From Kiritimatiellia bacterium (GTDB lineage Bacteria > Verrucomicrobiota > Kiritimatiellia > SLOV01): a DNA stretch of 64,000 bases. How positions within the stretch are numbered: position 1 is the first letter of the stretch; each line of letters starts with the position of its first letter. The translations under genes were made by a program, and so were the position numbers. Location of the stretch: assembly GCA_963578625.1 (NCBI GenBank), contig CAUZEO010000002.1, positions 8,460 through 72,459 of the forward strand, given 5' to 3'. Of the stretch, positions 26,500 to 35,567 are shown piece by piece. Under the pieces are notes generated by a model. It did not search any database, was not told the origin of the DNA, and saw only the letters and a program-made list of their open reading frames with translations.

Positions 26500-29028
26500 A
26501 TGAAGGAAAAATATCCGTTCAACGAACTCGAGCCAAAGTGGCAGTCGTATTGGGATGAGAAGCGTTTGTTTCACGCGGATCTATCAAATACGGAACAGAA
26601 GTATTACTGCCTGATGATGTTTCCCTACCCATCCGGCATGTTGCACGTGGGGCATGGTCGGAACTACATCATCGGTGACGCTGTCGCCCGCTACAAAAAA
26701 ATGAGAGGGCTCCACGTGCTCACGCCAATGGGGTGGGACGCCTTCGGCCTGCCCGCAGAGAATGCGGCGATCAAACTGGGCATCCATCCCCGGGAATCCA
26801 CATTTTCCAATATCGAGGTGATGAAGCAGCAGTTGCGCTCCTGGGGATGCTGCTACGATTGGGACCGCGAAGTTACGTCCTGCATGCCTGACTATTACCG
26901 GTGGACACAATGGTTGTTTCTCAAGTTGTTTGAATCCGGATTGGCCTACAAGGCAGAAGCGCCGGTGAACTGGTGTCCTTCCTGTGCCACCGTGCTGGCG
27001 AATGAGCAAGTTGTGGACGGCGCCTGCGAACGGTGTGAATCAACCGTGGAGCAGAAGAGCCTTGAGCAATGGTTTTTCAGGATCACCGCGTACGCGCAGA
27101 GGCTGGTCGACGACCTGGACAAGCTGGATGGGTGGCCGGAGAGGGTTCGTACCATGCAGAAGAATTGGATCGGCCGAAGCGAAGGCGCGCAGATCGATTT
27201 CCGGCTGGTCCAAAGGGATGACGGAGAAAAGGATCCAACATCCATCATCTCTTGTTTCACCACAAGAGTTGACACGATTTACGGCTGCACCTACATGGTG
27301 CTCGCTCCTGAATTCAAGGAGTTGCGGCAAATGATTCGGGGCTTGAAGACGGAAGAGGCAGTCCTGCAATACGTTCTGGATGCGGCCGGACGGTCCAACA
27401 TTGAGCGTTCGTCGGACTCGCTCGAAAAGACCGGAGTGTTCACAGGCCGATACGTCATCAACCGCTTCAATGGAGAGACCATCCCCCTCTGGGTCGCGGA
27501 TTATGTACTCATGGAATACGGTACCGGCGCCGTAATGGCCGTCCCCGCGCACGACACCCGCGACTGGGCCTTTGCAAAAACGTTTGCCCTCCCGATTCGA
27601 ATTTCCATTCAGAATGAAGACCAGTCCCTTGATCTGCAGACGATGGAGGACGCCTACGTGGAAGACGGCGTGGTCGTCGGCTCCGGCCCTTTCACCGGGC
27701 TGACCAACCGCGAGGCCATCCCGAAAATGGCTGCATATGCCGAGGAGCACAGTTTTGGCGGGCCGAAGGTTCATTACCGTCTGCGGGACTGGTTGATCAG
27801 CCGCCAGAGGTACTGGGGCGCACCGATCCCCATCGTCTACTGTGAAACCTGCGGCACCGTGCCGGTGCCGGAATCACAGCTTCCCGTTCTACTGCCGGAA
27901 AACGTCGAATTCAAACCCACCGGGGAATCCCCGCTGCGGGCCTCGGCGGAGTTCATGAACACGACATGTCCGGCCTGCGGGAAACCCGCTACGCGCGAAA
28001 GTGACACGATGGATACCTTCGTTGATTCAAGCTGGTATTTCCTTCGCTTCCTCAACGCGCGTGACGAGACGCAGGCAGTGGACAAGACCGTCTGCAACAA
28101 CTGGCTTCCGGTTGATCAGTATATCGGCGGAATCGAGCACGCCATCCTTCACCTCTTGTACGCCCGCTTCTTCACCAAGGCACTGCACGACGCGGATCTC
28201 ATCGGATTCGAAGAGCCCTTCAAACACCTGTTCACCCAAGGCATGATCTGCAAGCGGAGTGACAAGGATTCGAAGCTATACAAGATGTCAAAATCGGTAG
28301 GCAACGTGGTGAGCCCGGAACAACTTATCGAGAAATACGGGGCCGACACCGTTCGAGTCTACACCCTTTTCATAGGCCCCCCGGAAAAAGACGCGGAGTG
28401 GAACGACAAGAGTGTCGAAGGCGCATGGCGATTTCTGAAGAGGCTATGGCGAATCGTATACGACCACCGGGATCTACTTCGCAGCACCGCCGCCGCCCCG
28501 GTGGAACCCGCGGCGATGGAAATACCGGAGCGCGACCTCTACCGGAAAGTGCACGAATCCATTGAGAACATTACCAGCGACCTGGACGGCGCATTTCATT
28601 TCAACACCGCGATCGCACAGATTATGGAGCTAATGAATGCCCTGGACCGGCTGAAAATAGCCGATGACTCCTCCGATTCCGTTAAAAGCGTGTTTCGCCA
28701 CGCTGTGGATACGGTGGTATTGTTGGCGTCTCCGTTTGCGCCGCACATTGCGGAAGAATTGTGGGTTGAACTGGGACATGAGGACGGCATACTCAGTGCT
28801 GTCTGGCCGGTCGTGGATCCCGATGCATTGCACCGGGAGACGGTCGAGATGGTGCTCCAGGTGAACGGCAAGAATCGGGGAAAGATTGAAGTAAGCGTAA
28901 ACGCGAACACGGAGTCGCTGGAAGAGGAGGCCCTGGCCCACCCCAGTGTCCTGAAGTGGATCGACGGGAAGACCGTCCGCAAAGTCATCGTCGTACCCGG
29001 CCGCCTCGTAAATATCGCCGCATCATGA
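26500..29028 (+). CDS. leuS: leucine--tRNA ligase
   Basis: 842 aa. HIGH-type motif [20 protein letters not shown] motif [11 protein letters not shown]1 editing insertion, typical LeuS N-terminus [10 protein letters not shown]. Confidence 0.95.
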   Translation: MKEKYPFNELEPKWQSYWDEKRLFHADLSNTEQKYYCLMMFPYPSGMLHVGHGRNYIIGDAVARYKKMRGLHVLTPMGWDAFGLPAENAAIKLGIHPRESTFSNIEVMKQQLRSWGCCYDWDREVTSCMPDYYRWTQWLFLKLFESGLAYKAEAPVNWCPSCATVLANEQVVDGACERCESTVEQKSLEQWFFRITAYAQRLVDDLDKLDGWPERVRTMQKNWIGRSEGAQIDFRLVQRDDGEKDPTSIISCFTTRVDTIYGCTYMVLAPEFKELRQMIRGLKTEEAVLQYVLDAAGRSNIERSSDSLEKTGVFTGRYVINRFNGETIPLWVADYVLMEYGTGAVMAVPAHDTRDWAFAKTFALPIRISIQNEDQSLDLQTMEDAYVEDGVVVGSGPFTGLTNREAIPKMAAYAEEHSFGGPKVHYRLRDWLISRQRYWGAPIPIVYCETCGTVPVPESQLPVLLPENVEFKPTGESPLRASAEFMNTTCPACGKPATRESDTMDTFVDSSWYFLRFLNARDETQAVDKTVCNNWLPVDQYIGGIEHAILHLLYARFFTKALHDADLIGFEEPFKHLFTQGMICKRSDKDSKLYKMSKSVGNVVSPEQLIEKYGADTVRVYTLFIGPPEKDAEWNDKSVEGAWRFLKRLWRIVYDHRDLLRSTAAAPVEPAAMEIPERDLYRKVHESIENITSDLDGAFHFNTAIAQIMELMNALDRLKIADDSSDSVKSVFRHAVDTVVLLASPFAPHIAEELWVELGHEDGILSAVWPVVDPDALHRETVEMVLQVNGKNRGKIEVSVNANTESLEEEALAHPSVLKWIDGKTVRKVIVVPGRLVNIAAS

Positions 29029-29183
29029 AATTGCACCAACTGGCCGGCTGGTTGGCGTTGCGACGCTCGGAACAGATCATTTTAGGCCTGATCTGCCTCA
29101 TTTTCGTCATCGGCCTGATTGCCAGATCCGTTAGAATGCAGGCAGCCGTCAAAACGCAAATTTTAAAGGAATCCGTGAATTGA
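29025..29183 (+). CDS. small membrane protein (hypothetical, weak)
   Basis: The ATG overlaps the leuS stop (ATGA). [36 protein letters not shown] has one TM segment. 52 aa, no family recognised. Confidence 0.25.
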   Translation: MKLHQLAGWLALRRSEQIILGLICLIFVIGLIARSVRMQAAVKTQILKESVN

Positions 29184-29232
29184 GTGGCAATCATGAAGCA
29201 AATAGTGTAGTTTCTGTATTTGAGATACTGAA

Positions 29233-29676
29233 ATGCAAAAAGTCGGATTCAATGAAGCGCTTAACCTGATCCTGGAAGAGGATCCTCGGTACAAAGTGCA
29301 GGCGTACGGGTTTATCAGGGAGGCTCTCGATTTCACGATCAAGCATTTTGACAAACCGGTTGAGGGGCCCGGTCGCCACGTGTCCGGGACAGAGCTGCTG
29401 GAGGGCATCCGAACCTTCGCTCTCCAGGAGTACGGGCCGCTAACCAAAACGGTCTTTGGCACCTGGGGCATTAACGAGACCGCGGACTTCGGTCACATCG
29501 TATTCAATCTCGTGGGAAAAGGCGTCCTGGGGAAAACGGACGAGGACAAACTCGATGATTTCCGAAGCGGTTATGATTTTGTTGAAGCGTTTCGCAAGCC
29601 ATTCCTCCCGAAAGAGAAAAAGCCGGCGCGGAAAACCAAGCTGCCGAAGAGCATCGCGGAGTCCGACGAGGTCTAA
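29233..29676 (+). CDS. Minf_1886-like protein (PVC-restricted family of unknown function)
   Basis: 147 aa. ..EEDPRYKVQAYGFIREALDFT...GRHVSGTELLEGIRTFALQEYGPLTKTVFGTWGINETADFGHIVFNLV matches my memory of the Verrucomicrobia/Planctomycetes-restricted family named after Minf_1886. Confidence 0.55.
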   Translation: MQKVGFNEALNLILEEDPRYKVQAYGFIREALDFTIKHFDKPVEGPGRHVSGTELLEGIRTFALQEYGPLTKTVFGTWGINETADFGHIVFNLVGKGVLGKTDEDKLDDFRSGYDFVEAFRKPFLPKEKKPARKTKLPKSIAESDEV

Positions 29677-29741
29677 ATTCCGTATTCTGTGTTGCCCCAT
29701 GCGTGTTAGGCTCAAGTTTGGCACGTAATTCTCAACCTAGG

Positions 29742-32411
29742 ATGCTCCATCTAGATCTTATGACATCGCACCGGCTCCAGCACAGATTCTCACTCGTTCC
29801 TATCCTCCTCATCGCGAGCAGGATCATAACCGCCGAATCCGCACTTGCGGAGACGCCGCTCGATGTCCTGCACGAGTCAAACGCATTGCTTCACAAGTTC
29901 GTTCTGGAGAACGGAATGATCGGCCTGGTGAAAGAAGACCACAGCGCCCCGGTGGTGGCGGTCCAAATCTGGGTTGGGACCGGGTCCATCCACGAAGAAG
30001 ACTACCTGGGCGGTGGCCTTTCGCATTATCTCGAACACATGCTGTTCAAGGGAACTACCAACCGTCCTCCCGGAAGCATTTCCAAAGAGATCGACGGCGC
30101 TGGTGGTGACATTAATGCGTACACCACGTATGACCGCACCGTGTACCACACCACCCTCCCCGGCGATCGATGGCGGGTCGGGCTCGAAGTCCTGGGCGAT
30201 GCAGTTATGAATGCGAATTTTCCCGAGGAAGAGTGGCTCCGGGAGCGCGAGGTCGTGCTGCGCGAAGTGGCGATGGGGCGCGATGACCCAAACCGTATCG
30301 TTCATAAACTGCTGATGCGAACAGCATTCAGAGTCCACCCGTACCGGCATCCCATCATCGGACACGAAAACGTGCTGACCCGAATGACCCGGAGTGAGCT
30401 CAAGAATTTTTATCGGATTCACTACGTACCCGACAATATGATCACCGTTATCGTCGGCGACATTGATGCCGGAGAAGTGGAAGCCGCGATCCGTGAGACC
30501 TTCGTCAACTTCCACCGCCGCCCCCGGGCGCCGGTCGTCCTTCCCAGTGAGCCGGCACAGGCCTCTCCCCGCTTCGGCCGAGAAACCGGGGCATTCAATC
30601 TTTCGCGCCTCGAATGGTCTTACCACACAGTTTCTTTGAACCACCCCGACACCTCGGCACTGGATGTTCTGGCAAAAATCCTGGGCGGCGGGCGGAGCTC
30701 GCGCCTGGTTCGTGAGCTGGTAGAAGAGAAAAAACTTGCCGTGTCCGCAGATGCGTGGTCCTGGACGCCCGGAGAAAATGGGATGTTCGGCTTCAGCGCG
30801 GTGTTTCCGCCCGAGAACGAAACGGACTTGTTGGCAACGATTCAAGAGCAGATCGACGCCTGGGGAAACACGATTTTCACCGGCGAAGAAATATCGAAAG
30901 CTCAACGCCAAATCCTGGTCTCTGAATTATCGGGCCTTCAGACCGCGGCCGGACAAGCGCGCGACTATGCCTCCGGTGAGTTTTACGCCGGAGATCCATC
31001 CTTCTCCGAGAGTTACCTTGCCGGCGTCAACCGTGTTACCGCGGACGACCTGTCGAACGTCTTCAATAAGTATGTTCGCGCGGAAAACCAAACGACCGTG
31101 ATCCTGTCGCCTGAAGTAGAGGAAAAAGGCGAAGCACGAAAATCGGAAAGCAGGAATGCAACACTTCCGGAACGAATTACGCTGGCCAACGGGTCCACGC
31201 TGATTATAAGGGAAGACCACCGACTTCCATTCGTTTATTTCGCAGTGGCGGCCGGCGGCGGGCTCCTCGCGGAGAATCGCGACCGCGCAGGGGTCACGCA
31301 ATTGATGGCGGACATGTTGACTCGCGGAACCGCGACCCGCACCGCTTCCCAAATCGCGGAAAGCGTCGAATCCATCGGGGCCAGGCTAAACCCATACTCC
31401 GGACGAAACAGCTTCGGGCTGACCGCTCGATGTCTGAGCGAAGATACCGAGACGTTTGCTGATATTCTCGGTGATTGCCTCGTTCGTCCGGAATTCCCCC
31501 AGGATGAGATGGACAAGCAGAGAAATATCCAACTCGCCGCGGTCCGCCAGCAAATGGAACGTCCCATGTACCAGGCGCAACAGCAACTGCGCGACATGCT
31601 GTTTCCCGGCCACCCCTATAGCTGGATTCCCGCGGGTACCTTGCAGAGCATCGAGGAAATTGTTCGTACTGACCTTGTCTCGCTGCACCGGAAGCTCGTG
31701 GTGTCGTCGAACCTCGTGCTTTCCATTTTCGGAGACGTTTCCGTAGAGCAGGCAACGGAAATAGCGACTCGCATTTTGGCAGCCGCGCCTTCGGGGCCGC
31801 CGATGACGCCGGCGACCACGCAGCCGGCGCCGAAACTCCCCGCAAGCCGGAAACGGGAGGAGCCAAAGGAACAGGCCATCATCCTGATCGGTTTCCCCGG
31901 GGTGGACGTGCTTGACTCGCGCGTTGATGCGCTGAGCATTCTCGAGAACGCATTGAGCGGCTTGTCATCCGACCTCGTGATCGAAATCAGAGACAAGCGC
32001 GGCCTGGCCTACTACGCGGGCGCATACCAGAGAGCGGGTCGAGAGCCCGGTTCGGTTGTCTTCTACGCTGGTACCAGGCCCGATGTGTTACTGGAAGTCG
32101 AAAACCTCCTCAATGAACAGATAGAACGTGTGTCCACGGAAGGCCTTCGCGAGGAAGAACTGTCACGCTCCCGAGCGCAACTCATTGCCACCCATGAGAA
32201 GGGACTTCAGGATAACGGTGGACTGGCGCAGACCTGCGCATTGAACGAGCTGTACGGATTGGGGTACCTCCATGCATTCAAAACACGCGAACGACTGGAA
32301 GCCGTACCTTCCGAGGAAATTCAGCGCGCCGCCGCGGAACTCCTGAAAGCAGACCAACGAGCGGTCTCCATTGTTGTCCCGGAATCGGCGGCGAATGCGG
32401 AGAACCCGTAA
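29742..32411 (+). CDS. secreted M16 (pitrilysin/insulinase) family zinc peptidase, double-unit
   Basis: HxxEH motif in GGGLSHYLEHMLFKGT. Two tandem M16 + M16_C units (about 890 aa) with a signal-like N-terminus. The exact start (29742 or 29760) is uncertain. Confidence 0.85.
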   Translation: MLHLDLMTSHRLQHRFSLVPILLIASRIITAESALAETPLDVLHESNALLHKFVLENGMIGLVKEDHSAPVVAVQIWVGTGSIHEEDYLGGGLSHYLEHMLFKGTTNRPPGSISKEIDGAGGDINAYTTYDRTVYHTTLPGDRWRVGLEVLGDAVMNANFPEEEWLREREVVLREVAMGRDDPNRIVHKLLMRTAFRVHPYRHPIIGHENVLTRMTRSELKNFYRIHYVPDNMITVIVGDIDAGEVEAAIRETFVNFHRRPRAPVVLPSEPAQASPRFGRETGAFNLSRLEWSYHTVSLNHPDTSALDVLAKILGGGRSSRLVRELVEEKKLAVSADAWSWTPGENGMFGFSAVFPPENETDLLATIQEQIDAWGNTIFTGEEISKAQRQILVSELSGLQTAAGQARDYASGEFYAGDPSFSESYLAGVNRVTADDLSNVFNKYVRAENQTTVILSPEVEEKGEARKSESRNATLPERITLANGSTLIIREDHRLPFVYFAVAAGGGLLAENRDRAGVTQLMADMLTRGTATRTASQIAESVESIGARLNPYSGRNSFGLTARCLSEDTETFADILGDCLVRPEFPQDEMDKQRNIQLAAVRQQMERPMYQAQQQLRDMLFPGHPYSWIPAGTLQSIEEIVRTDLVSLHRKLVVSSNLVLSIFGDVSVEQATEIATRILAAAPSGPPMTPATTQPAPKLPASRKREEPKEQAIILIGFPGVDVLDSRVDALSILENALSGLSSDLVIEIRDKRGLAYYAGAYQRAGREPGSVVFYAGTRPDVLLEVENLLNEQIERVSTEGLREEELSRSRAQLIATHEKGLQDNGGLAQTCALNELYGLGYLHAFKTRERLEAVPSEEIQRAAAELLKADQRAVSIVVPESAANAENP

Positions 32412-32432
32412 GCGGCGACGCCCGAACATTTC

Positions 32433-33209
32433 ATGCTGCTGTGGATCCAAGAATTCTTCCGCGAGTTGAAGCGTCTGCTTCTTCGGGCGTGGGGCACGGC
32501 ATGTTCCGCGGACTTGCCGCCCGGAACCCCCTTTCTAATCCTTCCCGGTCTTGCCCTCCTGGTATCGGCATTGATGGTGGGAACAGGCCTCTATATCGGT
32601 GGCCGAGACGGAACCGGTCAGATTCCCGGCGCACCGGTTTCCGAAGAACCTGTGGTCATCGAAAAGAAAGTGCTCGAGGAAGAATCGCCATCACCCATGC
32701 CGATTGATCAACCGGTTCGCGAAGTCCTTTCAAAGTTTCCCAGGGGAACACGACTTCCTTCTTTCAAGGAGGGAACGACCTCCGTATCGATCGATGAGGT
32801 TCCATTTGACCCCGACCGGGACCTCGTTGCGGTGTTCGACGATCGGGTCTGGTGGGAAAGCGATAACGACGATCGATCCGGCGATACGGAAGACGATCAT
32901 CTTGTTCACTATTCATTGGAAGAATCACTGCGCAGAGTGATCGAGTTGGTCGTGCGGGAAGGCGGCACGCTGGAGGTCCATGACGCCTATCGAGCCAGCG
33001 GGGTTCACTCCCGAAAATCGCTGCACAAGCAGGGTCGCGCGGTGGACCTGACCTGTGACGAACTCGGTCTCGAACGCCTGTCTATTCTGGCCTGGGCCGC
33101 CGGATTCGACTGGGTGTACTACGAGGCACCGACACGAGGCGGGCATCACGTCCACGCATCCGTACGGCCGGACCGTGATCCTTACGTGCCGATCATGTGG
33201 CCCAAATAG
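32433..33209 (+). CDS. membrane-anchored Hedgehog-N-terminal-like zinc peptidase (Hh/DD-peptidase, LAS fold)
   Basis: The C-terminal 90 aa or so, [66 protein letters not shown], parallels the Sonic hedgehog core [59 protein letters not shown]. An N-terminal TM segment [21 protein letters not shown] is present. Confidence 0.75.
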   Translation: [258 protein letters not shown]

Positions 33210-33297
33210 ACCCCAAAGCGGGATTCGAGTATTCGTTCCGGCAAAGTACAGAACCGGAAATCGCCTCGCTTTCGAAGACCGAATAGCCAATACCAAT

Positions 33298-33946
33298 TCA
33301 GTCAAACGCATTGTCGCTTCGCGCTTTTTCCTTCGAGAGATGATGCTCGGCATAAAGGGTATGGAGAGCTGATTCGAGGCTCGGCATGAATTGATCTCTG
33401 TCACCGTTCAACAAGAAAGGTTGGCCGACAAATACATCGCAGTTGAACGGCACCAGAAGCAGAGAGCGTCTAGGCAAGGCTCTTCCCGTTCCGTGCAGAA
33501 ACACACCGGAACCTCGGGAAAGCGACGCGCGAGATGGGCCATTCCGGATCGGAGGGATGACGTCTGCTCCGGCTCACCTCGTGTTCCCTCGGGAACACCA
33601 AAATTTGACCCTCCTCGAGCTCTCGACAACAGGCTTGAAGAGGGTCGCGGCCAGCAAGGGAAGGGGTTCTGGATATGGGAACGATCCCGATGCACTTGAG
33701 GGAAATCCATGCAGTAAATCGGTTTTTCATAAAGTCGTCCGACGCCGCCACGGGTCGGATTCTCCAAAGCCTGGACTGCGAAAACAGGTTCATCAACACC
33801 CAGGCGTCCAGATGACTATTGTGATTCGCGGTGACGATGAGCGGTCCATTCGATGGGAGGCGTTCACGATGCCGGACATTCATGCCTATAAACACGAATA
33901 AGAACGGCTTCATGAAAAGCACAAAAAACAGGTAGCGAATAAAATG
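33298..33946 (-). pseudogene. PlsC-family lysophospholipid acyltransferase, two frameshifts
   Basis: Frame 1 gives ..RERLPSNGPLIVTANHNSHLDAWVL (HX4D) ..EGQILVFP. Frame 2 gives FPEGTRGEPEQTSSLRSGMAHLARRFPEVPV. Frame 3 gives FLHGTGRALPRRSLLLVPFNCDVFVGQPF... to a stop at 33298. The breaks lie near 33588-33593 and 33499-33508. Confidence 0.65.
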
Positions 33947-34363
33947 TGGCGCCAGGAGAATTGCCGTGATGACCGTGGTGGCGAACCCGCCGATCAATCT
34001 CCCCATGTCTTGCCGGGACTGACCCTTGGAACAACCTTTCTTCTCCCGATCATCTTGCCCCATACAAACTGCGCCATGTCGTTCAAGCCGGTGATCAGCA
34101 ACAGGTATAGCGCGAGCCCGTCACCACCCGCTACAGTGGGCTTTTCGCCGGGCAGAACGAGCATGGTACGCCATGTGGCTGATGCTGAACTCGGTGATAA
34201 TGAGTCCCCAGTGAAGCGAACCGACGGCGCGAAGAAAACCATCCGTATTCCCCAAGCCGATCATCTGCAGCGGAATCAGCAGAAACAGGTATACGGGAAT
34301 GAAAAGGATGAACATCCCGTACCACTCGATCCCTATGAAGAAGTGCTGAAATGCCACCGCCCA
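33947..34363 (-). pseudogene. CdsA-like cytidylyltransferase (YnbB-type), truncated at both ends and frameshifted
   Basis: The pieces FFIGIEWYGMFILFIPVYLFLLIP..GFLRAVGSLHWGLIITEFSISHMAY / MLVLPG..LYLLLITGLNDMAQFVWGKMIGRRKVVPRVSPGKTWGD / LIGGFATTVITAILLAP lie in three frames. The C-terminal CdsA signature (KR....KD....GHGG..DR.D) is absent. Confidence 0.6.
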
Positions 34364-34784
34364 GGGACATCCAGGCAATGACAAGTCGGTCAGCATCGCA
34401 AGAAACACAACCGCGATAGGCCCTGCCGAGTGCACGCCGGGAACAATGGCAAAGGGCAGGTACAAAGCCGCATCGGAAACTACGTCACCAAGCTCGTTCC
34501 GCATTCCGCCTAGCGGCGTCACGCTCTTTAGCCAGCATTCCATCGACCGCGTTCAGCGCCATCCGGAGGAACAGGACCACGGGAATCAGGAACAGACTCC
34601 GTGGCGCCGCACCAGTGCGAAACACGGCAAGCCCAGCCGCAATGGAAAGAATCAGCGCTGCCACCGTAACCTGGTTCGGAGTTATACCAGATGCGGCAAG
34701 CGTCCGGGCAATCGGTCGAAGCAGATTCTGAAACTTGGGCTTCAGGTCGTAAATGGTCATTGGCGTCCCACCCCTATTCGGCAT
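34364..34784 (-). pseudogene. CDP-alcohol phosphatidyltransferase (YnbA-type), frameshifted and internally deleted
   Basis: MTIYDLKPKFQNLLRPIARTL...FLRMALNAVDGMLAKE in one frame. The rest of the D-G-x2-A-R...G-x3-D-x3-D motif (TPLGGMRNELGDVVSDAALYLPFA) is in another, with the break near 34515-34530. The distal TM helices are missing. Confidence 0.65.
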
Positions 34785-34873
34785 AAGGACGGGACCAATG
34801 GTTCACAACAAAAAGGGGCTGCCCGCACACGGCGGAAAGCCCCTTTCTCAAAAAAATCAGGATGAAGGGTACG

Positions 34874-35398
34874 TCAATCCCAGAAGAATCGAAGACCGAT
34901 GCGCCACTGAACATCGATATCGGAACTCGTGTTGTCTTCCGGAAACACCTCGGAAGAGGCAATCCTGAAAATGATATCCGAGTCGAGCGCAACGTCTTCG
35001 GTAATGAAGTATTTAATCCCGATATTGAACGATCCGATCGCAGCGGATGCATCCTTCTTCGGTGTATTTTTTAATTGCATCTCGGTTGATCCGTAGGACA
35101 ATGCGACTCCGATATACGGGATGACCGGCGCCTCAAGCACAAAGTTGTACTCAGCGAATGCGCCGAGCTCATAGGTGCTTACCACATCGTTGTCGCTTAT
35201 GCCGATCAAGCCGCCGAATTCCAGATAGTCGATCCAGAAATATCCGCCCTTGAGCGCCAGGTCGACTTCAGTTCCGAACTCGGTGTCAAAATCTACGCCG
35301 CCGACAATGCCGATTTCCTTCGTATCCTGATCGATGTTGGCTGCGAAAACCGATCCCGCGAGAGCCGTGACCGCGATAAATGTTATAAACTTCCTCAT
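34874..35398 (-). CDS. small outer-membrane beta-barrel protein (OmpA_membrane/OmpW-like)
   Basis: Start moved to ATG 35398, preceded by AAGGAGG. MRKFITFIAVTALAGSVFA signal, alternating beta-strand pattern, C-terminal ...WRIGLRFFWD (aromatic terminus). Confidence 0.7.
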   Translation of the reverse strand: MRKFITFIAVTALAGSVFAANIDQDTKEIGIVGGVDFDTEFGTEVDLALKGGYFWIDYLEFGGLIGISDNDVVSTYELGAFAEYNFVLEAPVIPYIGVALSYGSTEMQLKNTPKKDASAAIGSFNIGIKYFITEDVALDSDIIFRIASSEVFPEDNTSSDIDVQWRIGLRFFWD

Positions 35399-35567
35399 CA
35401 AGAATCCTCCTTTGTGTATCCTTTTTCTATCCGAAGGCGAGATCGCCCTCCCGTTTCCGCCCCACCAAGTACATAATTGGGGCACCAAAGTCCAGAGCGA
35501 AAATCGACTCAAAAGATGACGCGGGTTGACGTTGTCTTCCCCTGCATAATAGGTTGCCCGCAACATC

